Positions 22,600 to 34,541 of a DNA stretch of 45,138 nt are shown here, piece by piece. Position numbers and translations under genes: made by a program. Where the stretch lies: contig NC_068982.1 of NCBI RefSeq assembly GCF_001194135.2, forward strand, positions 49,144,751-49,189,888, given 5' to 3'. The first letter of the stretch is position 1, and each line of letters opens with the position of its first letter. The notes below the pieces were generated by a model. The model saw nothing but the letters and a program-made list of their open reading frames with translations. It made no database searches and was not told the DNA's origin. The DNA is from Octopus bimaculoides (lineage: Eukaryota).

Positions 22600-22905
22600 T
22601 GCTGTTATCATTATCTTCATTGTCAGCTTCCTCCTCCTCCACAACACCACCACCACCATAACCCAAATCATCCTCCTCCTCCTACTTCTCCCTTCTCCTC
22701 CTCCTTTCTGTCATCTTCCTCATCTCTCACTACCATCATTATCGTCGTTGTCCTCATCATCCCACTACTGTCATCATCCTTCTCTCTTCATTCTCCTCAC
22801 CACCATCACTGCTGCTACAGCTGCCACTGCTGCCACCACTGATACCACCGCTGCTGCCACCACCACCACCACCACCACTACCACCACCACCATTACCACT
22901 ATCAT
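22600..22905. repeat. (CAT/CAC/CTC/GCT)n low-complexity trinucleotide region
   Basis: Direct reading of the sequence. Confidence 0.9.
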
Positions 22906-23279
22906 TGCCACAAGAAAAAAATCAAAAAATATTATTATTTACTTTCCTGCATTGCTGAAGACAGCATCTTTGAATTTGATTGAATCTCATACCTCACAAT
23001 GACAGTTAAATTCTTCCAACTCTTCCATGCTATGGTTATTTTCCCTCCAGACATAGAAATATCTTAGTGGTTCTTTTTCATTTCCCCCCATCATCTCCAC
23101 AAAAAACAGGAGTGAAACCAATATTTTGAGTGACAGTTGTCAACTAGTTCAACCAAACAGATCAGAAAATGAAAATAAAAATGGTCAATAAAAATACACA
23201 GAATGATAACTAAGTCTTTTTAAAAGGCATAACCATTTCTGGACATGACCCTATCACGGTTTGTGTCAAGGAAGATTAC

Positions 23280-23348
23280 CTTCTTCTAGTAAGCATCAAT
23301 GCTAAGATTTCTAGTGGATCAGAAATATTATGAAGTTTAATGCTCCTC
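23280..23348 (-). CDS. Candidate 69-bp exon RSIKLHNISDPLEILALMLTRR
   Basis: Acceptor aactaatctccacag and donor AAG|gtaatc. Phase 2 to 2, compatible with the exon at 27604-27751. Confidence 0.45.
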
Positions 23349-23420
23349 CTGTGGAGATTAGTTATGTTGTAAGTATAGACAAATGGTGATTTGTATGTGC
23401 ATCAGTACGTATGTATTGTA

Positions 23421-23423
<3 letters not shown>

Positions 23424-23506
<83 letters not shown>
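23424..23506. repeat. (TC)n microsatellite
   Basis: Direct reading of the sequence. Confidence 0.99.
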
Positions 23507-23508
<2 letters not shown>

Positions 23509-24133
23509 CACACACACATTTATGTATGTATGTACATACATACATGGACATTTCTGTTTGCTTGGATTTTTCCCCAATGTTGTATTGTGTGATTTCAAAA
23601 TAACATTTCTTCTCTCACAGAACTCACTTCTTTTTATCAATGCTAAACTGTAATTAATTTTTCTCTAATTTCTCTCTTGCTTCTCTTTTGTCTTTGAACT
23701 TGCAACTTTGTTCTTTTCATTTCTTCTCCCTTCCATTTATATGCTTTACACTCCAACACATGCACACTCCTTTATTCTCTTGTCCCTCTACATGCATCAA
23801 TGATTTTCTTCTCTTGAATAACTAAAATGTTTTTGTAATATTGTTGTATTGCAACTATTCTTTCTCTAGCTTTTCTCTTATTCTTCTCTCACTTCTCCTT
23901 TTGTCTTTCCCTGAACTCCTATCTTTTCCCTCTTATTTAAGTTCTCTTATTCATACTTTTCTTCTATGTATACACTCTTATATGTGCACATATACACCTG
24001 CCCCCACTTGGTTTTTTAACTGCACCAACCCCCTTTGAATTACATTCCCACTTGGCTCCTAAGTCCTCGCCTATTCCTTACTTTCTTTTTTTCTTCTCAA
24101 TCACTTTTCATCTTTCTCAATCCTCCTATGCTC

Positions 24134-24169
24134 TCTTCTGATGGAAGACTAATGTTTGAAACATTAAGA
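24134..24169 (+). ncRNA. Decayed minimal (dimer-type) hammerhead motif
   Basis: UCUU-CUGAUG(G)A-AGAC uaau GUUU-GAAAC-AUU-AAGA. Has one extra G in the core and GAAACAU in place of GAAACGU. Confidence 0.4.
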
Positions 24170-24184
24170 CTCTTTCCTTACTTT

Positions 24185-24272
24185 CCAGGAAGAGATGATG
24201 AGCAGTAGTTTGGCCACATCTACTGACCCTCCAACAGATGTGGCCAAACTACTGCTCATCATCTCTTCCTGG
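24185..24272. repeat. Perfect 37-bp inverted repeat with a 14-nt loop
   Basis: ccaggaagagatgatgagcagtagtttggccacatct (24185-24221) is the exact reverse complement of 24236-24272. Confidence 0.97.
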
Positions 24273-24335
24273 CTTCCAGCTTAACTCCTCTCTCTTGCTC
24301 CATCACATGCAACAGACATTAAAGATGATGATGAT

Positions 24336-24336
<1 letters not shown>

Positions 24337-24407
<71 letters not shown>
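24337..24407. repeat. (GT)n microsatellite
   Basis: Direct reading of the sequence. Confidence 0.99.
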
Positions 24408-24408
<1 letters not shown>

Positions 24409-24804
24409 TGGGGTGCTTAAAAATTTTTCAGACCAAAATTTACAGCCAAAAGAAGATAAGTTGACTTATACACCATGATGACTTTGGAGGACCAAAAACT
24501 CTATGTAAAATGCAGCAGGATTCAGAAAGATAGTGATGATGTTTAAATGTCTGCTATGTTAGATTGTATTCTGGAAAACATAGTACGTGAGAATAGGCTT
24601 ACTTCCTATGAATAAGTTTATGATTACATAAATCCACAGCAGCAAGGGAATTAGTTCAAAACTTTAGATGGTTGTTAAAACTGACTATAAAATTTAATCA
24701 GCATAATTAAATGGCACACTGAAACTGTTTGAAATCAAACTGGTAGTCACCTTGAATAGTTTTGATCATACGAAAGCATGTAAAATTCACGCAATAATAT
24801 AATT

Positions 24805-25010
24805 ACACATTTTGGCACAGGGCCAGCAATTTTGTGGTGATAGATGAGTTGATGCCATCAGCCACAGTATTTGACTGGAATTTTATTGTATCAGCCCCAA
24901 AAGGATAAAAGGCAAAGCTGACCTCAGCAAGGTCTGAACTCAGATTGTAATGAGCTAAAACAAGTACCACAAAGAAATTTTCCAATGCTCTAATGATTCT
25001 GTAGCTTATT
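24805..25010 (-). mobile_element. Old tRNA-derived SINE (same family as 27310-27523)
   Basis: aaaggataaaaggcaaagctgacctcagcaaggtctgaactcag matches the 27413-27455 region. Confidence 0.65.
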
Positions 25011-25499
25011 ACCATAATGCAAGCAACAATATTAGCAAAACATGGATATCATAAACCATGTAGGTAGACAGCTACAGAGTAACAATGTTGACTGGATATG
25101 TTAAAACCTAATAATGTAATACTATAAATATAACATTACTCAAAATACTTAAGATAATTCATTCTTTGTGAATTCAGAATTGCCTTTGTAAGCCTGCACA
25201 TCATACACTATGATGTCATACTACTTATTAAGTAGCTGTAAGGATTAGCATGATTTAGTAGTGATGGAAGCACAGTAAGTGCTGGAGATAGATTATTAGC
25301 AGCAATACTAATTGGATAAATCAATAATGTTGACATGTTAGAAACATTACTACAGAGGATCACATATTCAAATGACAGTTCTATTGGTGATGAAGAGCTG
25401 GTGATATCAACCTGCTGATGATGATATCATTATTAGCAGATATTCCACAGGAAAGATATTAAGAAGCCATTTGTTTAGTAGTTACTAACAATGCCTTTG

Positions 25500-27160
25500 T
25501 CCAAATTTAGATTTCATCCAGACTATAATTCTACCAACGTGAATCAGATAGTGTACATTTACAGAAACTTCCATTACATTTCTCTTGTAATGAACCATTG
25601 TTCCAATCTCATAAAAAGGGTTTACTGCTATTCTTAATTGTTTGCCAAGTAATTTCCTAGCTGGAGATAACTTGCATGTACCAGATGCAATAGACTGAAT
25701 AAAAAAAAAGTTTTAGTAAACACCCATCAAGCTTTCCAATTAAAGAACTGTAATATTTCAATGCAAGCATAATTGCTTCTACAGCTCTTTCAGTTGTACC
25801 ATTAAGTTTTGTACAGTGGATAGACTTTTCAATTTGCTTGATACCAAAATGGTTTAACTGATCCTTTAATTGAACAAATTCCAATGTCATTGTCATTGGA
25901 ATATGAAATTTAGAGAAGTTAGGAAAATAAATATTTTCTTACATCTATCAAGCTCCCAGTGGAATATAAAAGGCTTAAATCTAAGTAATAGCTGGATCAG
26001 CAGTGATAAAAATCCCTATGTTTTGTATATAATCCCAGAGCTGTGATTCAAATCACTTGTCAGTGCCAGAATGCCTTTATATCAAATTTAAGAGCAAGTC
26101 ACAAGATCTGACAAATTCTTCACATTCAAAATGAGGCAATCAAACAAAAGTCTTGCCTTCTTCCTGTTGTCATGAATTGTGAAAAAACTTTTGCATGATA
26201 AATGATTCAGGAATAAATAGCTTGTTTTTATCAAAGATTAGATTGTTTTACAATAATCAATTTAAAAGAATATTTGGGAAATTATCTTTCAAAGAGAGTT
26301 AAACCGGTCTTTCTCTCCCAATGCAATATTTTTAGTTTTAGATATGCACAAAGAGCACAAATTTTAAAATGATTTTTTATGATTTCAACATCAAAAACGG
26401 TTTGAAAATCCGTAACGAGTTATTCATTATTAACTTTGTCAGAATGTAATGCATTAGTAAAAAGTAGTGTATCAAAGTGATCTGAGTCACATTTAATCTA
26501 CTAAGAGCATTGGTATGACTAATAGTTTTGCCTGATATATGAATGATTTTGAAATCAAGCTGAGATAATATGAGGACCCACTTACCAATTCACTGAAAAG
26601 TTTACCTGAAAACATCATGATCCTTTTGAAAATATGAAATTTAATGGCTGATGATCAGTCTTCAGTATTAAGAATTACTCTTATAGAAGCTCTCTCAATC
26701 ATACCACACACTACAACAGACTTCACTTCCAAAACCACTCCAATTTTTTTTATTGAGCATGACTCTGTTACTCACAGAGAGACATTATTTTTTCCATTAT
26801 TAATTCAGAAGCATTAACAGTAAAAGTTAATTCATATTTGGTAAAGACTACAGCCAAAACAGAGTACTGTGTAAAACATCGTTTTACCATTTTATGAGCC
26901 TGCTCTTGATGTATTTCCCAAGTAAAAACATTCCTTTCACTTGTATGCAAAAGTTCAGCTATGTTTGCAACTTCTGGTATAAACTGGTGACAACAGTTTA
27001 TTGACTCTAAATACTTTTCAATTTCTTCTTTTGATTTAGGAACACCAATCCATTGGACTATGTCTATTTGACTATACATAGGCTAGATTTTATGCATTGA
27101 AATATTTATCCCTAAGGAATCTTTGGAGGGTGTATGATTAGTGCACTTATTTTGAGATAG
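25500..27160 (-). mobile_element. Gypsy/Ty3 LTR retrotransposon pol relic (RT connection/RNase H to integrase), heavily decayed
   Basis: PKSKEEIEKYLESIN..HQFIPEVANIAELL...FTW...QEQA...LA...ELTFTVNASE resembles the RT-RNase H link. EFVQLKDQLNHFGIKQI..S.HC.K.NG..ERAV resembles the integrase core. No LTR pair recognised. Confidence 0.8.
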
Positions 27161-27309
27161 TTGATACACTAGATCTTTTCAATCTAAAAATAAAACAAAT
27201 TTTCTTGATGTGTATGTTACCCTGATAAGTAATTATGTTATTAATTCCTTTATTGACAATGTAAAGGTCTTAATTATCACAAATATTATTTTTAATTCTC
27301 ATTCAAACT

Positions 27310-27523
27310 ACTCTTATTTCTTTATTGCCCACAAGGGGCTAAACATAGAGGGGACAAGCAAGAACAGACAAACGGATTAAGTCGATTACATCGATCCCAG
27401 TGTGACCCTGAAAGGATGAAAGGCAAAGTCGACCTCAGCAGAATTTGAACTCAGAACATAACAGCAAATGAAATACCGCTAAGCATTTCGCCCGGCATGC
27501 TAACATTTCTGCCAGCTCGCCGC
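27310..27523 (-). mobile_element. tRNA-derived SINE, well preserved
   Basis: Minus-strand head GCGGCGAGCTGGCAGAAATGTTAGC...GAGTTCAAATTC (A/B-box-like). Confidence 0.8.
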
Positions 27524-27603
27524 TCATTCAAACTACTCCGCCAGTACGAAATATCTAAGTCAAATTGAGGGGGAAAAAGCCAAAACAAAGAATGGCTTCT
27601 TAC

Positions 27604-27751
27604 ATATCAGTAAACACAATACATATCAAAGCAAGACGAACATCATCCCAGCAACGACACATAAGAATGTCCAAACGTGTTTCAGCTTCTTTGAGCTTTA
27701 TCAATGTGTATTTACTAGTTACATGCCTAAATGAAATCTGGCCTCTCTGAT
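27604..27751 (-). CDS. Candidate 148-bp internal exon (D)QRGQISFRHVTSKYTLIKLKEAETRLDILMCRCWDDVRLALICIVFTD
   Basis: Acceptor attcctctatttcctatag and donor AT|gtaaga. 48 open codons (phase 1 to 2). No homology recognised. Confidence 0.55.
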
Positions 27752-28039
27752 CTATAGGAAATAGAGGAATAATGCATTCACTAATATTGTGAATAACTGA
27801 TGGGCTGAATAAAAACTTGGTGTACACGACTGAAACAACATCAAATTAAAAGAACCATCTGTGTATCATGCATACCATAACCACAATAAACTTACTCCAG
27901 TAATTATATATCACAGTAAACTTATAACAGTAAATATATACTAAAATTTATGTACATTATTAAATTCATGGAATCTCCTTTTGTAAATGACTGATGACAG
28001 TTCAGTAACTTCTTGCTGAACAGCTTGCACAAATGAACT

Positions 28040-28270
28040 GCTTCAAAGGGATCAAATGTTTGTACTGCACATTATCTCACTCTCTCCATCAAATCGACAT
28101 TGCCTGTACAGGTGCATTGTGTACTACACATCAGATGTTGAAATGATCACCGAGCAACATGCAATGAAGTGTTTTGCTCAAGAACACAACACACTGTCTG
28201 GTCCAGGAATCAAAACCTTGATCTCATGATTGTGAGTGTAACACGGTAACCAGAAGGCCATGCAGCCTTA
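28040..28270 (-). mobile_element. CORE-like SINE
   Basis: gagcaacatgcaatgaagtgttttgctcaagaacacaac core. Confidence 0.75.
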
Positions 28271-29268
28271 TGAATCAGTAAATATAATACAGTAAACCTA
28301 TATCAATGAATAGACTTCAGTGAATAAACATTGTGAAAAAAACAAATCAGTCTATTCAGTTCAGTTGATGACTACCTCTTGAGCTATCAGGGCTGATAAT
28401 GTTCCGTGACAGACATTTTTAACCTTTATGCCATGGTACATTTGTGTTAGAAAATGACAGGATATTTAGAAAACTTTAGTATCTTTAATGCTTTGTATCA
28501 AAATTCCTTTACGGCAAAGTGCAAGGCATACACCATTCACTATTTCAAAACAATTTTAATATTTGTTGTTTTATATCATAAACTTTTGCAAAGCTGATTG
28601 TTTGCCAAAACATTTCTTATGACCTTCTTCAATGTACCGTGCATTGAAAAATGTTAAAAATTACTATTTTTTATGATTAATGATAAATAATAAATTTAAT
28701 CGCTTGTACGTATGTTTTCTTGAACACGAATGGTCCTGATCAAGAAGATCTATGATTAAAGGCATTGTAGTCATGACATCCCCATGTCTTATTCAGCAGA
28801 ATCTAACTTTAATGACATTCTCCAGTTTGTTTGCGATTTCTAGCAGAGTGAATGTCGTTGGTTTATTGAACTAAATGATAAGGAGCATCTATCTTGTCAT
28901 CATTATCCTCCATAGATAACTGAATTCATCTCAAAACACAGATTCCCAGCTTATGAAAGGAAAAATACATTAGATATGTAGTCCCAAGATACACTATGAC
29001 CAAAAGAGACAGATGGTGACAGTTGGTATATCTTTGATTTTATAATTCTGTTTGATAAGAGTAAAAACAACACCAACCATTTCATTATTTTTTTTTTAAA
29101 GACTGTTAAGTCATTTCACAATTAAGTAATACTATATTTATTTTGAAGAATATTTTGTACTTATTGATAATGTTGAGTTTTTGTTTTTTTTTGTTTTTTG
29201 TTTTTCTTTGTCCCTTCTGTATGAACTGATTTTTCCATTCATGATCATCTTACATTTCGTTTTCTCAG

Positions 29269-29383
29269 ACATAATGCATCTAAAACCACATTATGCAATG
29301 CATTCATCCCCTGAAGGAGATTTAGTTAACATTTCTAGCAGTCTTCCTTGTTGGCTTGTTTACAGAATATTTGAAAAAGCTGG
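29269..29383 (+). CDS. Candidate 115-bp exon (D)IMHLKPHYAMHSSPEGDLVNISSSLPCWLVYRIFEKA(G)
   Basis: Acceptor catttcgttttctcag and donor TGG|gtaagg. Single open frame (phase 1 to 2). Confidence 0.45.
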
Positions 29384-29837
29384 GTAAGGTTGTGTATAAT
29401 TTCATGTATAAAAAGAAAAGAGAGAAAAAAACTATCACTATCAGATCATATATTCTTTATAGATTGGCCTTTATGAATCACCAGTGAATCATAATTGAAG
29501 AGAAAATAAAGAAAAAAGAGAGAACATCATTATTAAGATAATCTACTAACTACCTCACGTACTGAAAATGCCATATTTTTTTTAATGCTTTCAACAACAT
29601 TTTAGAGTAAATCAACATAGAAAACAGAAAAGTAGACATATGTGATTGCTTTAAACATAAATATTATAAACCTCAAAGATTCTGTTTAAAAAAAAATAGC
29701 ATCAATGAATGTAATTTCCTTCACTACATATTTTCTGTGCAATTTCTGTCATTTATAACCGAACTAAGTAGGGTCACTGACAATACAATTTCTCTTTCTT
29801 TAAAAAATATAAAGATATATTTATAAAAAAATTAAAG

Positions 29838-29902
29838 GCTAAAACCAGAGTTCAAAGAAACTAGTGATGGTCTGCAGCAGGGAATAATGGGTAATAAAAT
29901 CT
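29838..29902 (+). CDS. Weak candidate exon LKPEFKETSDGLQQGIMGNKI
   Basis: Strong donor T|gtaagt but a pyrimidine-poor acceptor. Phase 2 to 1 would bridge 29269-29383 and 38514-38573. Confidence 0.2.
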
Positions 29903-30014
29903 GTAAGTAAAACACGTTCATGTGCCTTTAGGAAAAGCAAATTCTAACATTTTAGAAGGGAAGAATTCTTCTACAAGATACTGTAGCATCAAAGTATACA
30001 GGTATCTTGAATTT

Positions 30015-30470
30015 AAACTTCATCATCATCATCCTCATCATCATCATTTGCCATCCACTTTCTATGCTGGTATGGGTTGGACGGTTTGATAGGAGTTGGC
30101 TAGGCTAGGCTTTTCTGTCTGTTTTGGCATGATTTTTACAGCTGGATGCCCTTCCTAACACCAACTACTCCACAGAGTGGACTGAGTGCTTTTCACATGG
30201 CACCAGCACAGGTGAGGTCAGTTCTGGCATGGTTTATTACAGTTAGATGCCTTTACAAATGCCAACCACTTTACAATATGGACTGTATGCTTTTCATATG
30301 GCACCAGCACTGGCAGGGTCACCAAGTAACCTACAAGACAAAGATCCTTTGAGAGGAAATGTGGTAATGGAGGAGGTGATCTTGTGCCAGATGATGAAAG
30401 GTTAGAGTGAGACAGAGAGACAGAAACAGGTGTCTTGCTGTAGGGGTGATACATGGTTACCTAATCAGAG
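30015..30470 (-). mobile_element. RTE-associated 3' UTR copy with (CAT)n tail
   Basis: Homologous to 21805, 31905, 33116 and 41073. Confidence 0.8.
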
Positions 30471-30504
30471 AGAAGTAAAGAAAAATCTTGTATTTGTATA
30501 TATT

Positions 30505-31025
30505 CTTTTACTTGTTTCAGTCATTTGACTGTAGCCATGCTGGAGCACTGCCTTAAAGGGTTTTAGCTGAAGAAATCAACCCCAAAACTTATTCTTTGTA
30601 AGCCTAGTACTTATTCTGCCCAACTGCTAAGTTACAGGGATGTAAACACACCAGCATCAGTTGTCAAGTGATGGTGGGTGGGCAAACACAGACACAAAGA
30701 CACACACACAAATATGTATAAGTACATACATATACATATATATATATATATATANNNNNNNNNNNNNNNNNNNNNNNNNNNNNNNNNNNNNNNNNNNNNN
30801 NNNNNNNNNNNNNNNNNNNNNNNNNNNNNNNNNNNNNNNNNNNNNNNNNNNNNNNNNNNNNNNNNNNNNNNNNNNNNNNNNNNNNNNNNNNNNNNNNNNN
30901 NNNNNNNNNNNNNNNNNNNNNNNNNNNNNNNNNNNNNNNNNNNNNNNNNNNNNNNNNNNNNNNNNNNNNNNNNATATATATACATACACACACACAGCGG
31001 GCTTCTTTCAGCTTCTGTCTACGTG
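30505..31025 (-). mobile_element. tRNA-derived SINE with internal microsatellite, spanning a gap
   Basis: Homologous to 13135-13526. Confidence 0.75.
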
Positions 31026-31749
31026 TAACACAGTGGGACTGAATCAGAAATCACGTGGTTGGGAAAAAGCCATCTTATCACACACCCACACCATTATAAA
31101 TGTTGATTCTGTCGTTGTTGTGGCTTAGCCCAGGTCAGCCCCCGAGAAATCACATGACCAAAGATGTTCGAGCTGTAATTATCCCTCTTTTTGTCAAACA
31201 GTGAATTTATGACTGCATTAACCAATTTTTTATACCTTCTTTTTAAAATGATAGGATGTAATAAAAGGAAAACTTAACTGCTATTTCTAGAAGTCTGAGC
31301 CCCCACATAGAGGAGCAACCATATAGAGGCTTCTTTGTTGGTTCATTAAAATATCATATATTTTATAGATGCATTTTATGAATTTTGTTCTCTTGCTGTT
31401 TTAACCCATAATTCCTATATTCCTGCCATTGACTTCAAAGGGTAGCAGAAACCATAAATAAATAACTGGCTTTTGTGCCTGTTAAATTCTTCTTTCTTTC
31501 CTTTTATAATTGCATATATATGCTGTTAATAGTAGTGTTGATGGCTAAAATAGGATACTTTATTGCAACTATTTCTTAAACGCAATGTATTATTAAACAC
31601 TTTTGTTTGTTTACTTGTTGGAATAAGTATTGGTCAAATCAAAAGAGATTATAAAAGCATTTATTTACTTGTAATGATAATATTGATTTCAAATTTTGGT
31701 ACAAGGCCAGCAATGTCAGGGGAGGAGTTAAATCTTGTGAATGAACATA

Positions 31750-32130
31750 GTAGATGAACAAGGCATTGGTTGGCCAGGGGCTATAGAAGAAGACACTTGC
31801 CCAAAGTGTCACACAATGGGACTGAACTCAAAACCACATGGTTGAAAAGCAAGTTTCTTTACTACACAGTCATGCCTGTGTCATCATTAAATTTAACAAG
31901 CAAAATCATCATCATCGTTTAACGTCCATTGTCCATGCTGGCATGGATTGGACAGTTTGACCAGGGTTGGTAAGCTGAGGGACTGCACTAGACTCCAGTC
32001 TGATTTGGCATGCTTTCTACAGCTGGAAGCCCTTCCTAATGTCAACCACTCAGTGAGTGTAATGGGTGCTTTTACCTGCCACCAGTGGCATGAGTGCCAG
32101 TTGCATGACACCAGTATCTACCATGACTAT
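31750..32130 (-). mobile_element. SINE head (31750-31881) followed by an RTE-associated 3' end (31905-32130)
   Basis: Matches the families at 12488 and 21805. Confidence 0.75.
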
Positions 32131-32654
32131 GATTTCACTTGGCTTGATGGGTTTTCTATTCAAGCATGGCATATTGCAAAAGGTCTCAGTCATTTGTCTC
32201 CTCTTGACATATTCATTACTGCATGTGAAAAAGCTTTATCTAAAAGGGAAATTAAATTCTCACACTGAAATATAGGAATAGAGATTGAACTAACATGTTC
32301 TGTAATAATGATTCTGGTTTTATAAAAAAAAGAAAACATTTGAAATTAGATGATTACCTTTCATTACCATATTTCTAACCAAATACTCCATCGTTATTTC
32401 AATTAATTTTGAAATTAATGAAGAATTAATGAGAAAATAACTATGGCATCATTAAACTGGTACATAAATTGAAATAAAATTTTGATGGGAAATTTTAATT
32501 TAGATTACTTTAAAACAGGTAAAATCAAAGATCTCAGGTAGTCTAGGATGGGTATTAAAAAGGTTAATGGCTAGATTCATTGCAATTTGCATTATATGTC
32601 TTGCCTAAAAATGTTGATCAAATTTTCACATGAAAAAATATTGCCTCCCCTGTG

Positions 32655-32788
32655 TGAATATTTCAAGTACTTTTTTCCCACAGCTTATGAACGCATCTCC
32701 TCTCCTTTGTAACTCTTCAAATAGTTTATCTGTTGTGCAAAGCATTCAACCCACTTTGCAGCAGTTACAAGAATAATCCCAAAGTAAG
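32655..32788 (-). repeat. Inverted ~134-bp copy of 18436-18568 (mariner TIR tip plus flanking DNA)
   Basis: Reverse complement aligns with 2 substitutions and 1 indel. Confidence 0.95.
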
Positions 32789-33440
32789 TTTTCCATGCTG
32801 GTATGGGTTGGACGGTTTGACAGGAGCTGGTGAGGCAGTAGACTGCATCAAACTTGTGTCTGTTTTGGTCATGCTGGAGCACCACCTTGAAGGGTTTTAG
32901 TTGAACAAATCAACCCCAAGACTTATTTGTTTTAAAGTCTAGTACTTATTCCATTGGCCTCTTTTGCTGAACCGCTAAGTTATGGGTGCATGCACATACC
33001 AACACAGGTTGTCAAGTAGTTGGGGGGGGGGGNNNNNNNNNNNNNNNNNNNNNNNNNNNNNNNNNNNNNNNNNNNNNNNNNNNNNNNNNNNNNNNNNNNN
33101 NNNNNNNNNNNNNNNAGACATGGTTGGATGCCCTTCCCAATGCCAACCACTCCACAGAGTGGAATGAGTGATTTTCACATGGTACCAGCATAGGTGAAGT
33201 TAGTTTTGGTGTGGTTTTTACAGCTGGATGCCCTTCCAAATGCCAACCACTGTACAGTGTAGACTGAATGCTTTTTACATGGCACTAGCACTGTCAGGGT
33301 CACCAAGTAACTTGCAAGACAAAGATCCTTTGAGAGGGGAAGGGATATTGAAAGAGGTTATCTTGTACCAGATGATCAAAGGTAAGAGTGTGACAGAGAC
33401 AGAAACAGGTGTTTTACTGTAGAGGAAGTATATGGTTACC
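32789..33440 (-). mobile_element. Mosaic of RTE-associated 3' UTR pieces and a SINE body around a gap
   Basis: 32789-32870 and 33116-33440 match the 30015 family. 32870-33032 matches the 30505 family. Confidence 0.75.
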
Positions 33441-33929
33441 CAGCGAGAGAGAAAGAGAGAGAGATCAGATATACATATATGTTTGTATATATATCATCAT
33501 CATCATTGTCATAATTATTTTAATGTTCACTTTTCCATACCTGCATGGGTTGAATGGAGTTTGTTGAAACAGATTATCTATGGATGGATACAAACCCTCA
33601 CCTATTTCCAAATAAGGCAATATTTACCTATGGACAAACATATTCTTGTACAATATTGAAAATAAATGACACTGCCTGTATGACAGTGACACATATTTAC
33701 AACAATTGACTGATGACAAGACAAGGAGACACAAACATTCACACTTATACATACATATATACATACATACATACATACATACATACATACATGGCACGTG
33801 CTGACAGTAATTACTCAGGCTAGGCAGTTGGTGACCTTTATCTAGTAAAACACACAAAAAACAAGGGAAACATATATATATATTTATATAAATTGGCATT
33901 GTCAGTTATGACAAGTGTTCCACTCAATC

Positions 33930-34200
33930 CAATCAACAGAACAGCCTGTTTGTGAAATTAACATGCAAAACGGCTAAGCACACTACAAACAAGTGCACCC
34001 TTCACATACTTCTCAGGGAGGTTCAGTATGAAACAGAATGGGACAAGGTTGGCCCTTTGGATTACAAGTACAGCTGAGTGGACTGGAGCAACATGAAATA
34101 AAGCATCTTGCTCAAGGCAAAAAACATGCTGCCAGGAATTGAACTCCTGAGCATGAGGTCATGAGCTAAATACCCTACTCACAAAGCCATGCACTTTCAC
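33930..34200 (-). mobile_element. CORE-like SINE; 74 bp of its head is duplicated in inverted orientation at 34292-34365
   Basis: Homologous to 9486-9744. 34108-34181 versus 34292-34365 differ by one mismatch. Confidence 0.8.
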
Positions 34201-34215
34201 AAACACACACATACA

Positions 34216-34250
<35 letters not shown>

Positions 34251-34503
34251 ATATATGTATATATATATATATATACATATATAAATATATATGAGTAGGG
34301 TATTTAGCTCATGACCTCATGCTCAAGAGTTCAATTCCTGGCAGCATGTTTTTTGCCTTGAGCAATATATNNNNNNNNNNNNNNNNNNNNNNNNNNNNNN
34401 NNNNNNNNNNNNNNNNNNNNNNNNNNNNNNNNNNNNNNNNNNNNNNNNNNNNNNNNNNNNNNNNNNNNNNNTATATATATATATATGTATGTATGTATGT
34501 ATG

Positions 34504-34541
<38 letters not shown>

